Below, piece by piece: positions 9,520 to 18,604 of a DNA stretch of 64,000 bases. The position numbers and the translations under genes were made by a program. How positions within the stretch are numbered: the first letter of the stretch is position 1; the number at the start of each line of letters is the position of its first letter. This stretch comes from Planctomycetota bacterium (GTDB taxonomy: Bacteria > Planctomycetota > UBA8742 > UBA2392): NCBI GenBank assembly GCA_020845475.1, contig JADLFN010000085.1:4913-68912 (forward strand). The letters run 5' to 3'. The notes below the pieces were generated by a model. The model saw only the letters and a list, made by a program, of their open reading frames with translations, ran no database searches and had not been told where the DNA came from.

Positions 9520-10440
9520 CTAGCGACCGCCCTTGGGTTTGGCCGGCGCTGCTTTCAAATACTCCCATAGCGCCTTGAGGTCGTCGTCTTTCATGCCGGC
9601 GTAAGCTTTCCAGGGCATGGCTTCGTTGATGGCGCTGCCGTCTTTGCGCTTGCCCTCGCGCATGGCCTTCACGAAATCCTCGTAGCTCCAGTTGCCGATG
9701 CCGGTGTCTTTGTCCGGCGAGATGTTCGCGGCTTCAGGCCACTTGGGGTCGCCGCCGGGTATTTTGCCGCCGGAAAGCCCCGGTCCGTGGCAGCCCGTGC
9801 ACGAGCCGATCAGCACCGTGCCCCACTCCTTCGTCGGGCCCGGCTTGGCGTCGGGACGTTTGGCCTTGTGGTCGATCTTTTCGTAGGCGAACTGAATCTG
9901 GCCCGTGGCGACAAGCATCTTTCCGATCGGGCCAAGGCTGATGCCTTTGTCTTCACGATCCACAGGCGGCAGCGAACGAATGTAGGCGACAACCGCGCCC
10001 ATGTCTTCGTCGCCGAAGTTCACGTAATCGTCGCTGGGCATCAAAAGCAAGCGGCGGCCATCTTTGCCGACGCCATGGCGCAAGGCGCGCATCCAGTCCT
10101 TGCTGGAGTATTCGGCGAACTCCGAGCCTTTGCCCTTGGTCAGATTCGGCCCGTACCACAGGCCCATGGCGCCGTTATCCATGATGACCTTGCCGCCGAG
10201 GTCGTCGCCGTGGCACTCCTTGCAGCCCATCAGGTGATCGACAAGATACTTGCCGCGCTCGATGGCCGAGCCGCTGCCGTCGGGAATCTTGATGTCGGCA
10301 ACTTCGACCTCGACCGTCTGCTCAAGTTTGCTTGCCGAAACAAAGTGCATGCCCGCAAAGGCGCAGGCCAGAAGGCCGAACAAGCCAACCACGCCAAGCA
10401 TCAGTTTGCGAACAATGCCGCCCTTTTTCTTCTCGCCCAT
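9520..10440 (-). CDS. membrane-anchored dihaem c-type cytochrome
   Basis: Has an N-terminal TM helix and two CxxCH motifs, CKECH and CTGCH. A GGAGAA Shine-Dalgarno lies upstream. Confidence 0.8.
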   Translation of the reverse strand: MGEKKKGGIVRKLMLGVVGLFGLLACAFAGMHFVSASKLEQTVEVEVADIKIPDGSGSAIERGKYLVDHLMGCKECHGDDLGGKVIMDNGAMGLWYGPNLTKGKGSEFAEYSSKDWMRALRHGVGKDGRRLLLMPSDDYVNFGDEDMGAVVAYIRSLPPVDREDKGISLGPIGKMLVATGQIQFAYEKIDHKAKRPDAKPGPTKEWGTVLIGSCTGCHGPGLSGGKIPGGDPKWPEAANISPDKDTGIGNWSYEDFVKAMREGKRKDGSAINEAMPWKAYAGMKDDDLKALWEYLKAAPAKPKGGR

Positions 10441-10525
10441 GGCTTCTCCAAACTGCAGCGCCCGTAATTGAACCGGCGGAGGAGGTTAACTTGCCGCTTT
10501 CGAATTGCACCACGCGCGTCTGTGA

Positions 10526-11680
10526 CTAGCCCGACAGGAACTCGTTTTCAATTTCGTGGCGCGCGCCTTCGGCATCGGAGTAGAAGCGAAAGAGCGTACC
10601 GGCGTTCTGCTGCAAGCCCGCGTGAACCGCAGCAGGCGCGCCGGCAACAAGCGTTTCGCCGCCGCGCTGCTTCATAATTTCGGCCGCCTTGTTCAATTGC
10701 AATTCAACTTCCGGTGCCATGGTCCTGACCCGCGAGAGATCCAGCACCAGGTGTTTGAGCCAGGGCAGCGAGCGCAGAGTTTCTTCCAGGTTGCGCGCCA
10801 CCTGTTGCTCGGCGGTATTGGGCAGGGATGCTCCAAAACTGATTGTCACGGCAAGCAAGCCATCGTGCCGGTGGATGTCGTGAACGTAGGCGGGCTGCTT
10901 GGCCAGCACGCGCTCGAGCGAAGCTCTCGCGGCCGAAAGCACGTCATAGTGCTCAAAGGCCATTTCAGCGTCGTGATCGCGCAATTGCTGCCTGAGTTCC
11001 GGTTTCAGGCCAACCAGCGCGGCACAGCCGCCTTTGGCCACCAGTTCGCCGGAGAGGTTCACGAGCCAGCGTTGAGCATGCGCATCGAGGCTTCGCAGTT
11101 TCGAGCAATCAATAATGAAGAACCGCAGGTGTGGCGTGCGGATCAGGTTGTAGCGCCGCCACAACAGGGGCAAATCGCCCTCGCAAATGTCGCCGCAGAG
11201 CGCGCATTGCGCCAACGCGCCCGCACAACACGTCGCCAGTTCGAGGTGAGCCGGTTGTGGCACCGCAAAATCTGTGCAGGCATCGCGGGCTGCGACAACA
11301 CCGCCCCCTCCGCGTGGCGCACGGCGCTTTCGAATAATTGAAAGCGCTTCCTGCTCATCCGGGACGATGTGGAAAAAGGAATTCAGTCCCAGCATTTCGA
11401 AGACAACAGTGACCTTGGGGTTCAGGTTGAACATCACAAGGCAGCCGCCTACTTTGCCGAGGTTATCGGCAGTGGCAACCAGCGAACCGAGGCCGGTGCA
11501 GTTGCAATACTTGATCTCAGCCATGTCAAACGCATAGAAATCAAAGCCCGCTTGCTGCATTTCCTTCATCTTGTCTTCAAAGGTGTAAACCGTGTCGGCA
11601 TCTATAGCGCCGCTGAGCGCTACTCGCGCGATGCGTGGTACGCCCTCCAAAGGCACCCAGTCCATCCTTAGTTGCGCCAC
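10526..11680 (-). CDS. multi-STAS-domain protein (anti-sigma-factor-antagonist fold, about three modules)
   Basis: The N-terminal module (...DMAEIKYCNCTGLGSLV...MFNLNPKVTVVFEMLGL) is STAS-like. Two further STAS-like modules follow. The track start is GTG at 11680; an alternative ATG (MDWVPLEG) is at 11665. Confidence 0.6.
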   Translation of the reverse strand: MAQLRMDWVPLEGVPRIARVALSGAIDADTVYTFEDKMKEMQQAGFDFYAFDMAEIKYCNCTGLGSLVATADNLGKVGGCLVMFNLNPKVTVVFEMLGLNSFFHIVPDEQEALSIIRKRRAPRGGGGVVAARDACTDFAVPQPAHLELATCCAGALAQCALCGDICEGDLPLLWRRYNLIRTPHLRFFIIDCSKLRSLDAHAQRWLVNLSGELVAKGGCAALVGLKPELRQQLRDHDAEMAFEHYDVLSAARASLERVLAKQPAYVHDIHRHDGLLAVTISFGASLPNTAEQQVARNLEETLRSLPWLKHLVLDLSRVRTMAPEVELQLNKAAEIMKQRGGETLVAGAPAAVHAGLQQNAGTLFRFYSDAEGARHEIENEFLSG

Positions 11681-11791
11681 AGCGGCCTCTGCGACCAGAT
11701 TTCGCGAAGAACGAAGATTCTAGCTGACAGGCGCACGAAACAACAACGCTGGACCATCCGCATGGATGGTCCAGCGCCAAAACAATCTCAA

Positions 11792-13321
11792 CTAATACGC
11801 CACAGCGAACAGCACTTGCTGGCCTTCTTTTCCACTGACGATGCACTTGTCGCGCTTTTCCGCTGTTTCGCTGGGGATGCAGCGCACTGTGGCCTTGGTT
11901 TCTTCCTTGATGCGCGCCTCGGTTGCTTTGTCCTGCTTGAAGAAACAGCGCACGAAGCCGCCTTTTTCCGCCAGGATCTTTTTCAGTTCGTCGTAACTGG
12001 CTGCGTCGCGAATGTTCTCCTCACGGAACTTTTTCGCTTTCTCGAACATCAGCGAATGCACTTCCGCGAGCTTGCCGCGCAGCCACTTGGTGCTCAGGTC
12101 GCCGAGCTTGACGATCTCTTTGCCGCGGTCGAGGCGGCGCTTGACCATTGCCGCGCCCTGCTCGACATCCTTGGGACCAACCTCGAACCTGAAGGGCACG
12201 CCGCGCTGTTCCCAGTGGAATTGCTTGTCGCCGGGCCGCGCGTCACGCCAGTCCACAATCACGCGCTGGTGCGTGATCTTGTCAAAGAAATATTGCGCGA
12301 CCTCGCCCTGCTGGCGCGTTTTTGCGGCTTCGAACTCTTCGTCGCCCACGAGCGCGCGCACCACCTTCTCCACAAACGCGGCTACTTTGGCTTTCTCTTC
12401 GTCGGTCTTGAAGATGGGCACGATAGCGACGACGTTCTGCGCCACGTGGGGAGGCAGCACGAGACCGTCATCGTCGCTATGCGCCATGATCATCGCGCCG
12501 ATCAAGCGCGTGCTCACACCCCAGCTTGTGGTCCAGGCCAGGTGCTGCGCGTTGTCGCGGCCGAGGAACTTGATGTCAAACGCCTTGGCGAAATTCTGGC
12601 CCAGGTTGTGGCTCGTGCCGCATTGCAGCGCCTTGCCGTCCTGCATCAGGCCTTCGATGGCGTAGGTGCGCACGGCGCCGGGGAATTTTTCGGCTTCCGT
12701 CTTGAGGCCTTTGATGACGGGAATCGCCAGCACGTCCTCGGCAAAGGCGCGATAAACCTCGAGCATACGCAGCGTTTCTTCTTCGGCCTCTTTGTCCGTT
12801 TCGTGCGCGGTGTGGCCTTCCTGCCACAGGAATTCCGCCGTGCGCAAAAACAGGCGCGTGCGCAATTCCCAGCGCATCACGTTGCACCACTGGTTGATCA
12901 GCACGGGCAGGTCGCGGTAGCTCTGCACCCACTGGGCGTACATGTGGCCGATCACCGTTTCGCTGGTGGGGCGCACGATCAAGGGCTCTTCTAGTTCGCC
13001 GCCGGGCTTGAGGCCGTGCGCGCCGTGTTCGAGCTTGGAATGCGTGACGACCGCGCATTCCATGGCGAAACCTTCCACGTGCTGGGCTTCCTTCGTCAGG
13101 AAGCTCTGAGGAATCAGCAGGGGGAAGTAGGCGTTGACGTGCCCGGTTTCCTTGAAGCGGCGGTCAAGGTCGCGCTGGATGGCTTCCCATACAGCAAAGC
13201 CCTCGGGCCGAATGACCATGCAGCCGCGCACGGGCGAGTAATCGGCAAGCTGCGCTGCCTTGATGACGTCGAGATACCACTGCGCGTAATCTTCCGCGCG
13301 GGTTTTGATGTTTTTTGCCAT
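11792..13321 (-). CDS. proS: proline--tRNA ligase (archaeal/eukaryotic-type class II)
   Basis: The N-terminus AEDYAQWYLDVIKAAQLADYSPVRGCMVIRPEGFAVWE and the C-terminal ...LFAVAY ending in Tyr are characteristic of this ProRS type. Start chosen at MAKNIKTRAED. Confidence 0.9.
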   Translation of the reverse strand: MAKNIKTRAEDYAQWYLDVIKAAQLADYSPVRGCMVIRPEGFAVWEAIQRDLDRRFKETGHVNAYFPLLIPQSFLTKEAQHVEGFAMECAVVTHSKLEHGAHGLKPGGELEEPLIVRPTSETVIGHMYAQWVQSYRDLPVLINQWCNVMRWELRTRLFLRTAEFLWQEGHTAHETDKEAEEETLRMLEVYRAFAEDVLAIPVIKGLKTEAEKFPGAVRTYAIEGLMQDGKALQCGTSHNLGQNFAKAFDIKFLGRDNAQHLAWTTSWGVSTRLIGAMIMAHSDDDGLVLPPHVAQNVVAIVPIFKTDEEKAKVAAFVEKVVRALVGDEEFEAAKTRQQGEVAQYFFDKITHQRVIVDWRDARPGDKQFHWEQRGVPFRFEVGPKDVEQGAAMVKRRLDRGKEIVKLGDLSTKWLRGKLAEVHSLMFEKAKKFREENIRDAASYDELKKILAEKGGFVRCFFKQDKATEARIKEETKATVRCIPSETAEKRDKCIVSGKEGQQVLFAVAY

Positions 13322-13540
13322 GGTTCGTTGTCCGTTCTTCGTGCTTCGTGGTTCGCAAAACGCGGCCACGGCACGTGGTTTAGAGGTAGCGTGTCAAAAC
13401 GTCAAAGGAAGTTCGCGTACCGCTAGCGCGGCTGGTGGCGAGAGGAACGGGATTGTGCGCCGCGTTCAACCATGGCGAGAAGCTAACGCGATTATGCAAT
13501 GCGTCAAGCAGGGGATCGGCTGTCACGGCGAAAGGCAATC

Positions 13541-13708
13541 CACCACAGAGCACACGGAGAACTGCAATGGTCATGAATCCACAGATGGACGACGGTTTCC
13601 ACAGACAGAAACATCCAATCCGTGTTTATCTGTGTGAATCTGTGGCTCCAATGCTGTTGCTGTGTAGCCGAATCGCTTTTCTCCGTGTTCTCTGTGCGCT
13701 CTGTGGTG
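13541..13708. repeat. CACAGA-type palindromic intergenic repeat (family A), composite copy
   Basis: The outer arms are CACCACAGAGCACACGGAGAA (13541..13561) and TTCTCCGTGTTCTCTGTGCGCTCTGTGGTG (13679..13708). Inner CCACAGA units occur in both orientations. It shares an 18-mer with the 9468 locus. Confidence 0.75.
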
Positions 13709-13741
13709 AATAGTTTTGTCGTGCTTCGCCTCTGACACCGC

Positions 13742-13747
13742 TATATT
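13742..13747 (+). promoter_or_regulatory. -10-like box TATATT, 6 nt upstream of ATG 13754 (leaderless candidate)
   Basis: The sequence reads CTATATTCACCGCATG, with no Shine-Dalgarno. Confidence 0.35.
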
Positions 13748-13753
13748 CACCGC

Positions 13754-14563
13754 ATGAAAGGAAAAACCGTAATCCTCACTGGCGCGCCGGGCGGCATCGG
13801 TCGATGCATTGCTCTGGAGCTTGCCAAACAGGGAGCGCACATTATTGCGCATGGGCGCAGCGCTGACAAAGTTGCGCCTCTGGTCGATGAAATCAAGAAG
13901 GCGGGCGGCAGCGCCGAGGCCGTTGGCTTTGAACTGGATTCGATCAAGGCCGTACGCGAAGCCGCGCGCGGCCTGCGCGAGAAACACGTCAAGCTCGACG
14001 TGCTGATCAACAACGCGGCTATCTGGAATGGCACTCGCCAGGTTTCCGCGGACGGGTTTGAGAAAACGTGGGCGGTGAATGTGCTCGCGCCCTTTATCCT
14101 CACGGAAGAATTGCTCGAGCCGCTCAAAGCCGCGCGCGGGCGCGTGGTGAATCTTTCCTCGAACGAGCATTACCTCGGCCGCGTCAACTGGGATGATCTG
14201 CAATTCGAGAAGGGCTATGCCGCGCGTTACGCCTATCGGCGCAGCAAGCTGACGCTGACGATGCTGACGAACGAGCTGGCCGCGCGAGAAGGCGGCATCA
14301 CGGCCAACAGTCTGCACCCCGGCGTCTCGGGCACGGGTTTGTTCCGGAATTTCCCGAAGTTCATCCAGTTCTGGACGTGGCTATTGATGCGCACGCCCGA
14401 GGGATGCGCCGCGCCTATCATCCGCCTCGCCAGCGCCAGCGACGTGGAAGGCACTACGGGCAAGTTCTTCCGCCGCTTCAACATCCGCCGCCCCCACCGC
14501 CTCGCCCGCGACATGGACGCCTGCAAACGCATGCGCGATGTGGTTGCCAAGCACGTTGGGTAA
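13754..14563 (+). CDS. SDR-family oxidoreductase
   Basis: Carries the TGAPGGIG cofactor motif, NNAA, and YAYRRSK (YxxxK). Confidence 0.85.
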   Translation: MKGKTVILTGAPGGIGRCIALELAKQGAHIIAHGRSADKVAPLVDEIKKAGGSAEAVGFELDSIKAVREAARGLREKHVKLDVLINNAAIWNGTRQVSADGFEKTWAVNVLAPFILTEELLEPLKAARGRVVNLSSNEHYLGRVNWDDLQFEKGYAARYAYRRSKLTLTMLTNELAAREGGITANSLHPGVSGTGLFRNFPKFIQFWTWLLMRTPEGCAAPIIRLASASDVEGTTGKFFRRFNIRRPHRLARDMDACKRMRDVVAKHVG

Positions 14564-14566
14564 AGG

Positions 14567-15487
14567 TCAAGCAGCAGCGAAGGCGCGCGGGCGGCGAGGG
14601 TGCTTGCGCAGTTGCAGCACGGAACTGCAGGCGAGAAATGAGAGGCTGGTGCCTACCGCAAGCCAGAGGTGCCAATCAGTCGCGTCTGCAGCCAGAGGCG
14701 GTGTCGCTGCACTACGCGGAGCCTGGGGCATGATGTGCCTTGGTTTTGCGGGCAAAGGCCTGGCCGGCGGAACTTCGACCCACTCCCACTCATCCTCGGG
14801 CATGCCAGAAACGAAGTTGGGGTTGCGCGTGCCGGTTGTTCCAAGCACCCGGCAGAATTCCGCGTAGGCGACGGGATCCTCGGGGAACTTGAGCGGAGCG
14901 ATAGCCGGCGGCTGTGGCTTGCGCAGCATTTCGCCCGTTGCAATCGAGAAAGCCACGTGGCCGCTTTGCGTGGGAAGCTCGAAGTAGCCATCTTTGGAGA
15001 CTGTGGCCTGGTTTAATCTCAGACCGAATTCCGGCCAGCCGTAGCCCCGTGTAGAGCGTTCTCGTGGCGTTTGGGCATTTAGCGAACGTACCTGTTCCGG
15101 ATCCACTTCCTCCGCGCCCCAGGTCCTGATGGACTTCCCCTTCGAGCAAAAGAAAAGAGCGTGGGAATCTTTGGTGAACATGGGGAAGCTAACGGCGACG
15201 TACTCTCCACTGTGCGAAAGGACGACTTGCGAGGGCCATGCGTACCAGTCGACCGTCCAGAAAGGCACTGAACTGCCGACTGGGTAGAGTCCACTCTTCG
15301 TACATCTGCGGCCAATTGCAACATCACTATTCCGCAGCCAACCCGCCTTCTCATCCGGCGCGCGCATGACAAACAGCGCGCGGCCATCCGGCGTTGGCAT
15401 GGTCCAGTGGTGAGGCGGTGCCATGGATCTCGCCGAGCAAACGCCCGCGAGGCAGGCCAGTAACAATCCAAGCAGGGCCATCCACAT
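14567..15487 (-). CDS. hypothetical type-I membrane protein (signal peptide plus C-terminal TM anchor)
   Basis: Has a signal peptide, MWMALLGLLLACLAGVCSA, and a C-terminal WHLWLAVGTSLSFLACSSVLQL followed by a basic tail. It shares the SGLY...W(T/S)VD(W/F)Y core with the next gene. Confidence 0.5.
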   Translation of the reverse strand: MWMALLGLLLACLAGVCSARSMAPPHHWTMPTPDGRALFVMRAPDEKAGWLRNSDVAIGRRCTKSGLYPVGSSVPFWTVDWYAWPSQVVLSHSGEYVAVSFPMFTKDSHALFFCSKGKSIRTWGAEEVDPEQVRSLNAQTPRERSTRGYGWPEFGLRLNQATVSKDGYFELPTQSGHVAFSIATGEMLRKPQPPAIAPLKFPEDPVAYAEFCRVLGTTGTRNPNFVSGMPEDEWEWVEVPPARPLPAKPRHIMPQAPRSAATPPLAADATDWHLWLAVGTSLSFLACSSVLQLRKHPRRPRAFAAA

Positions 15488-15493
15488 GGAATC

Positions 15494-15499
15494 ATCTTA
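15494..15499 (-). promoter_or_regulatory. -10-like box TAAGAT, 6 nt upstream of ATG 15487 (leaderless candidate)
   Basis: The minus strand reads CTGCTAAGATGATTCCATG. Confidence 0.3.
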
Positions 15500-15552
15500 G
15501 CAGTTTTGCCACTGGTCAGTCGATTCGCGCACACCCATGGACACTGTCTAAC

Positions 15553-16245
15553 TTAAGGGGAAGCGTTCCTGCGCTTCCTTCGGTTCCAGATGACGGCAAA
15601 GACCAGCAACAGAACGCCAATTGCAAGCAGAACGAAGCCGAAGTCATTGATGCGCCTCGTAGACTGAACCGCAGTCCGTCTTATGAGCTTGCCAGTCTTC
15701 GCGTCGAAGTCGTGCCAAACCCACGAGTGCCAACCCGCGGGAATCGAAATTTGCACAGTCCCGGGTTCAGCAAACCCCATCCGCTGCAACCAAGGTTCGG
15801 GGCCAGCTTCGGCGTCGTCGCCCAGCACATCTCGCAGCGTATGGGATTGGATTAGTTTGCCGTCCTCGTAAAACCATAGAACCGTGTCATTGGGTTTGTT
15901 TGCCACGGCACGAACGCGCACGAGCCAGCGCCCGTTCTCAGAGAGATACAGCGGGCGCAGTTCGGCCGACTCGTTGGGCCAGCAAATGCTCTCTTCGTAG
16001 AAATCAACGGACCAGAGCGGCTTGGTTGCTTTGGAGTCTGAGTAAAGCCCGCTTGGGAATTGCCTGTGAAAGTAGTAGTCGGCCTTCGAGCCGATCCCAT
16101 AGGGCACCATGCGGAACTGGCGCTTGCCGCCGGGCTCGGTGCTCTCCCAATAGCCTTTCAACCCATGGGGCGTCGGGGGATAGTTGGCGAATAGCGGCGA
16201 ACCAATCGCGAGGCTCAATATGCACAGGGTGAACAGACGTTGCAT
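15553..16245 (-). CDS. hypothetical type-I membrane protein, distant paralog of 14567..15487
   Basis: Has a signal peptide, MQRLFTLCILSLAIGSPLFA, and a C-terminal FGFVLLAIGVLLLVFAVIW followed by NRRKRR. The same SGLY...WSVDFY core is present. Confidence 0.5.
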   Translation of the reverse strand: MQRLFTLCILSLAIGSPLFANYPPTPHGLKGYWESTEPGGKRQFRMVPYGIGSKADYYFHRQFPSGLYSDSKATKPLWSVDFYEESICWPNESAELRPLYLSENGRWLVRVRAVANKPNDTVLWFYEDGKLIQSHTLRDVLGDDAEAGPEPWLQRMGFAEPGTVQISIPAGWHSWVWHDFDAKTGKLIRRTAVQSTRRINDFGFVLLAIGVLLLVFAVIWNRRKRRNASP

Positions 16246-16285
16246 GGTTCGTCACCCTTACCCGGACTGCCCAATGACGTTCTCG

Positions 16286-17725
16286 TTAGTACGTCACCAG
16301 CACCCAGTCGCGCCATTCCTTGTCGAGGTCGGCGGCGGTTTTGCCGAAGGCTTTTTCGAGGTTGGGGATTTCAGCCGCGCCTTTTTCGGGCTTGGTTGCC
16401 AGCCACTTTCTCGCCTGCTCGGGGTACTTCGTGAAGATGAACTCCATGAAGCTGAAGGCCTTGGCGGCCTGCTGCAGTTTCATCGCATTGAGCTGGGTTG
16501 CCGCCAGTTGGGGCAGAGGCGTGTCTTTGCCGCTTTGCGCGAGTTCCAGCGCGACTTGGCGCATCTTGGCCGGGCCGCCGGCGGTCTTGTTCATGTTCAG
16601 GTCGTCCTGACCTTTTACTGCGGTCTCGCCCTGCTCCTGTACCGTGTATCGCACCGTGCTGGCGGTGCCGAGAAGCCGCGTTGTAATCAGGTAGGAAAAG
16701 CCGGTCGTGATCCATGGCTCGCTTTCGCCGCTCTTGCGATAGGCCGAGAGCACGTGAATGGCCGCGGTGTTGCTGTGCATATCGTCGCCGCCCGGCCACA
16801 TGGGCTGGTGGCAGAAGAAGCCCCACGGTTTTTGCTGGTTCGAGCCCGAGAGTTTCTTGGCCAGCTCAAGGTCCGCGCCGGTCTTGCCCGAGAATTTTTC
16901 GACCATGGCCAGGTATTGCTCGCGCGTCTGCACCACCGTGAAATACTGCGTGCCGTTGTAGGGCTTGCCGCTCGACTCGAGTATTTCCGTGCCCAGCGCC
17001 AACGTGCCCTCAAGCACCTTGTGCAGGCGCTTGGCGCGCTCGTCGCTTTCTGTGGCGCGCGCGACCACGTTCTTGCCCTTGCGCACCCAGAACTTCGCGC
17101 CGATTTCTTTGCCCTGCGGGTCTTCGGCGGAGTCAGCCTCGCCCTCTGACGCGGCTTTCAATACATCGGCGCCGCGCTCGGCGGCGATGCGCGCAAACCC
17201 GGGCATCCAGTCCTCGCCGACTTTCACGTGGCCGCGCGCTTCGCGCACTTCTTTGTCTTCGGGCGCGTAGAAGGGCACGAAGGAAAGCAGCATGGCGGAC
17301 TCCTTTTCGAGCCCGGCGGCTTTTGCGCGTTTGGCGACATCCTTGATTTTACGCGCGAGGCGCTCATAGGTGGCGTCTCGTTTGGGTTCGAGTTCCTTGC
17401 GTGCTTTGGCTTCATCGGCGCCGGTGACGCCATTTTTCTCCGGCAGCTTTTTCTTTTCGTCTTCTTTCCAGCCGTTGCCGGATTTCTCGAAGCCCAGGCC
17501 GCGCATGGCGTCGGTGTATTGATCGACGAGAATCAGCGCGCGGTTGAAGTGGGCGCGGGCGTCGGTGAAGAGTTTCTTGTCCTTGTAGGCCTTGCCCAGG
17601 TCGCAGTGGCCATCAGCCAGCGAATCGAGCATTTTCGCGCGTTCCGCGGCGAAGTCAAAGCCGTCAGCGGCGATTGCGCCATAGAGGAAGAAGAGCACAA
17701 ACAGCGGGAGAAGTGCGCGTTTCAT
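16286..17725 (-). CDS. secreted hypothetical protein
   Basis: 479-aa ORF with signal peptide MKRALLPLFVLFFLYGAIAA. The N-terminal third is helical/TPR-like. No catalytic motif recognised. Confidence 0.55.
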   Translation of the reverse strand: MKRALLPLFVLFFLYGAIAADGFDFAAERAKMLDSLADGHCDLGKAYKDKKLFTDARAHFNRALILVDQYTDAMRGLGFEKSGNGWKEDEKKKLPEKNGVTGADEAKARKELEPKRDATYERLARKIKDVAKRAKAAGLEKESAMLLSFVPFYAPEDKEVREARGHVKVGEDWMPGFARIAAERGADVLKAASEGEADSAEDPQGKEIGAKFWVRKGKNVVARATESDERAKRLHKVLEGTLALGTEILESSGKPYNGTQYFTVVQTREQYLAMVEKFSGKTGADLELAKKLSGSNQQKPWGFFCHQPMWPGGDDMHSNTAAIHVLSAYRKSGESEPWITTGFSYLITTRLLGTASTVRYTVQEQGETAVKGQDDLNMNKTAGGPAKMRQVALELAQSGKDTPLPQLAATQLNAMKLQQAAKAFSFMEFIFTKYPEQARKWLATKPEKGAAEIPNLEKAFGKTAADLDKEWRDWVLVTY

Positions 17726-17732
17726 GGCGCTG

Positions 17733-17741
17733 ATTCTAGCA
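17733..17741 (-). promoter_or_regulatory. extended -10-like TGcTAGAAT, 7 nt upstream of ATG 17725 (leaderless candidate)
   Basis: The minus strand reads GTGCTAGAATCAGCGCCATG. Confidence 0.35.
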
Positions 17742-17801
17742 CGGGCGCGCCAGAGCGAGAATCTTGGTCACAGGCTTGCGGCTCATGCTGTTCGTGGTGC
17801 A

Positions 17802-18551
17802 TCAGGTTTTGCGGTGCACCGCAAAGGGGCCGAAGGATTGCGCCGTGGGCATGATTTCCATGCGGTTGACGTTCATGTGCGCGGGCAGGTGCGTGCACCA
17901 GTGCACGGCTTCGGCGATGTCTTGACCTGTCAAGGGCATCATGCCGGCGTACACCGTGGCGGCTTTTTCTTTGTCGCCTTTGAAACGCACCAGGCTGAAC
18001 TCCGTTTCCGCGAGGCCCGGTTCGAGGTTAGTGACGCGCACGTTTGTTCCCTGCAAGTCTGCGCGCATGTTGAGCGAGAACTGCTTGACGAAAGCCTTCG
18101 ATGCGCCGTAGGCGTTGCCGCCGGGGTAGGGGTAATTGCTGGCCGTTGAGCCGATGTTGACGATGTGCCCGTGGCCGCGCTCGACCATTCCGGGCAGCAC
18201 GGCGCGTGTGATGTACATGAGTCCTTTTACGTTCGTATCGACCATCTGCTCCCAGTCGTCGAGGTCGGCTTTGTGCGCGGATTCCATGCCCAGCGCGAGC
18301 CCGGCGTTATTCACGAGCACGTCAATCGTCGCGTATTCCCTGGGTAGCGAGGCAATCGCCTCGAACACCTCTTTGCGTTTGCGCACGTCGCAGACCAGCA
18401 CGTGGGCCTTGAGTTCCTTCGCCAGTTTGTCGAGGCGATCCTTGCGGCGGCCGAGAATCACGAGCTTCCAGCCTTCCTTGGCAAAGCGGCGCGCAATAGC
18501 CTCGCCAAAGCCCGAGGTCGCGCCGGTGATGAGTATCGTCCGTTGATTCAT
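17802..18551 (-). CDS. NADP-dependent SDR (YdfG-like 3-hydroxy acid dehydrogenase family)
   Basis: Carries TGATSGFG, NNAG and YGASK (YxxxK). An AGGAGA Shine-Dalgarno lies upstream. Confidence 0.85.
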   Translation of the reverse strand: MNQRTILITGATSGFGEAIARRFAKEGWKLVILGRRKDRLDKLAKELKAHVLVCDVRKRKEVFEAIASLPREYATIDVLVNNAGLALGMESAHKADLDDWEQMVDTNVKGLMYITRAVLPGMVERGHGHIVNIGSTASNYPYPGGNAYGASKAFVKQFSLNMRADLQGTNVRVTNLEPGLAETEFSLVRFKGDKEKAATVYAGMMPLTGQDIAEAVHWCTHLPAHMNVNRMEIMPTAQSFGPFAVHRKT

Positions 18552-18604
18552 GAGTTGTCTCCTGGCGACAATTTAGCCAGCGAAGGGCGCTTGGCGCCAC
18601 AATG

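Noticed and set aside
11672-12994. 440-aa plus-strand ORF antisense to proS
   Set aside because: The opposite strand is an unmistakable prolyl-tRNA synthetase. This ORF has no motifs and shadow-frame composition.
13322-13420. Riboswitch or T-box leaders upstream of proS, metK (58424..58484) and mgtE (19913..19949)
   Set aside because: The metK and mgtE leaders are too short (61 and 37 nt). I could not recognise T-box specifier/antiterminator, SAM or M-box conserved cores by eye in any of them. A covariance-model scan would be needed to be certain.
13541-13708. Possible CRISPR-like array (short repeated units with spacers)
   Set aside because: The units are about 7-20 nt, irregularly spaced and in both orientations. 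There are no regular 28-37-nt direct repeats and no cas genes anywhere in the window.
13435-13713. 92-aa ORF (…NPQMDDGFHRQKHPIRVYLCESV…) in the proS/SDR intergenic region
   Set aside because: It is simply the translation of the CACAGA-type palindromic repeat. It has no start context and overlaps both repeat arms.
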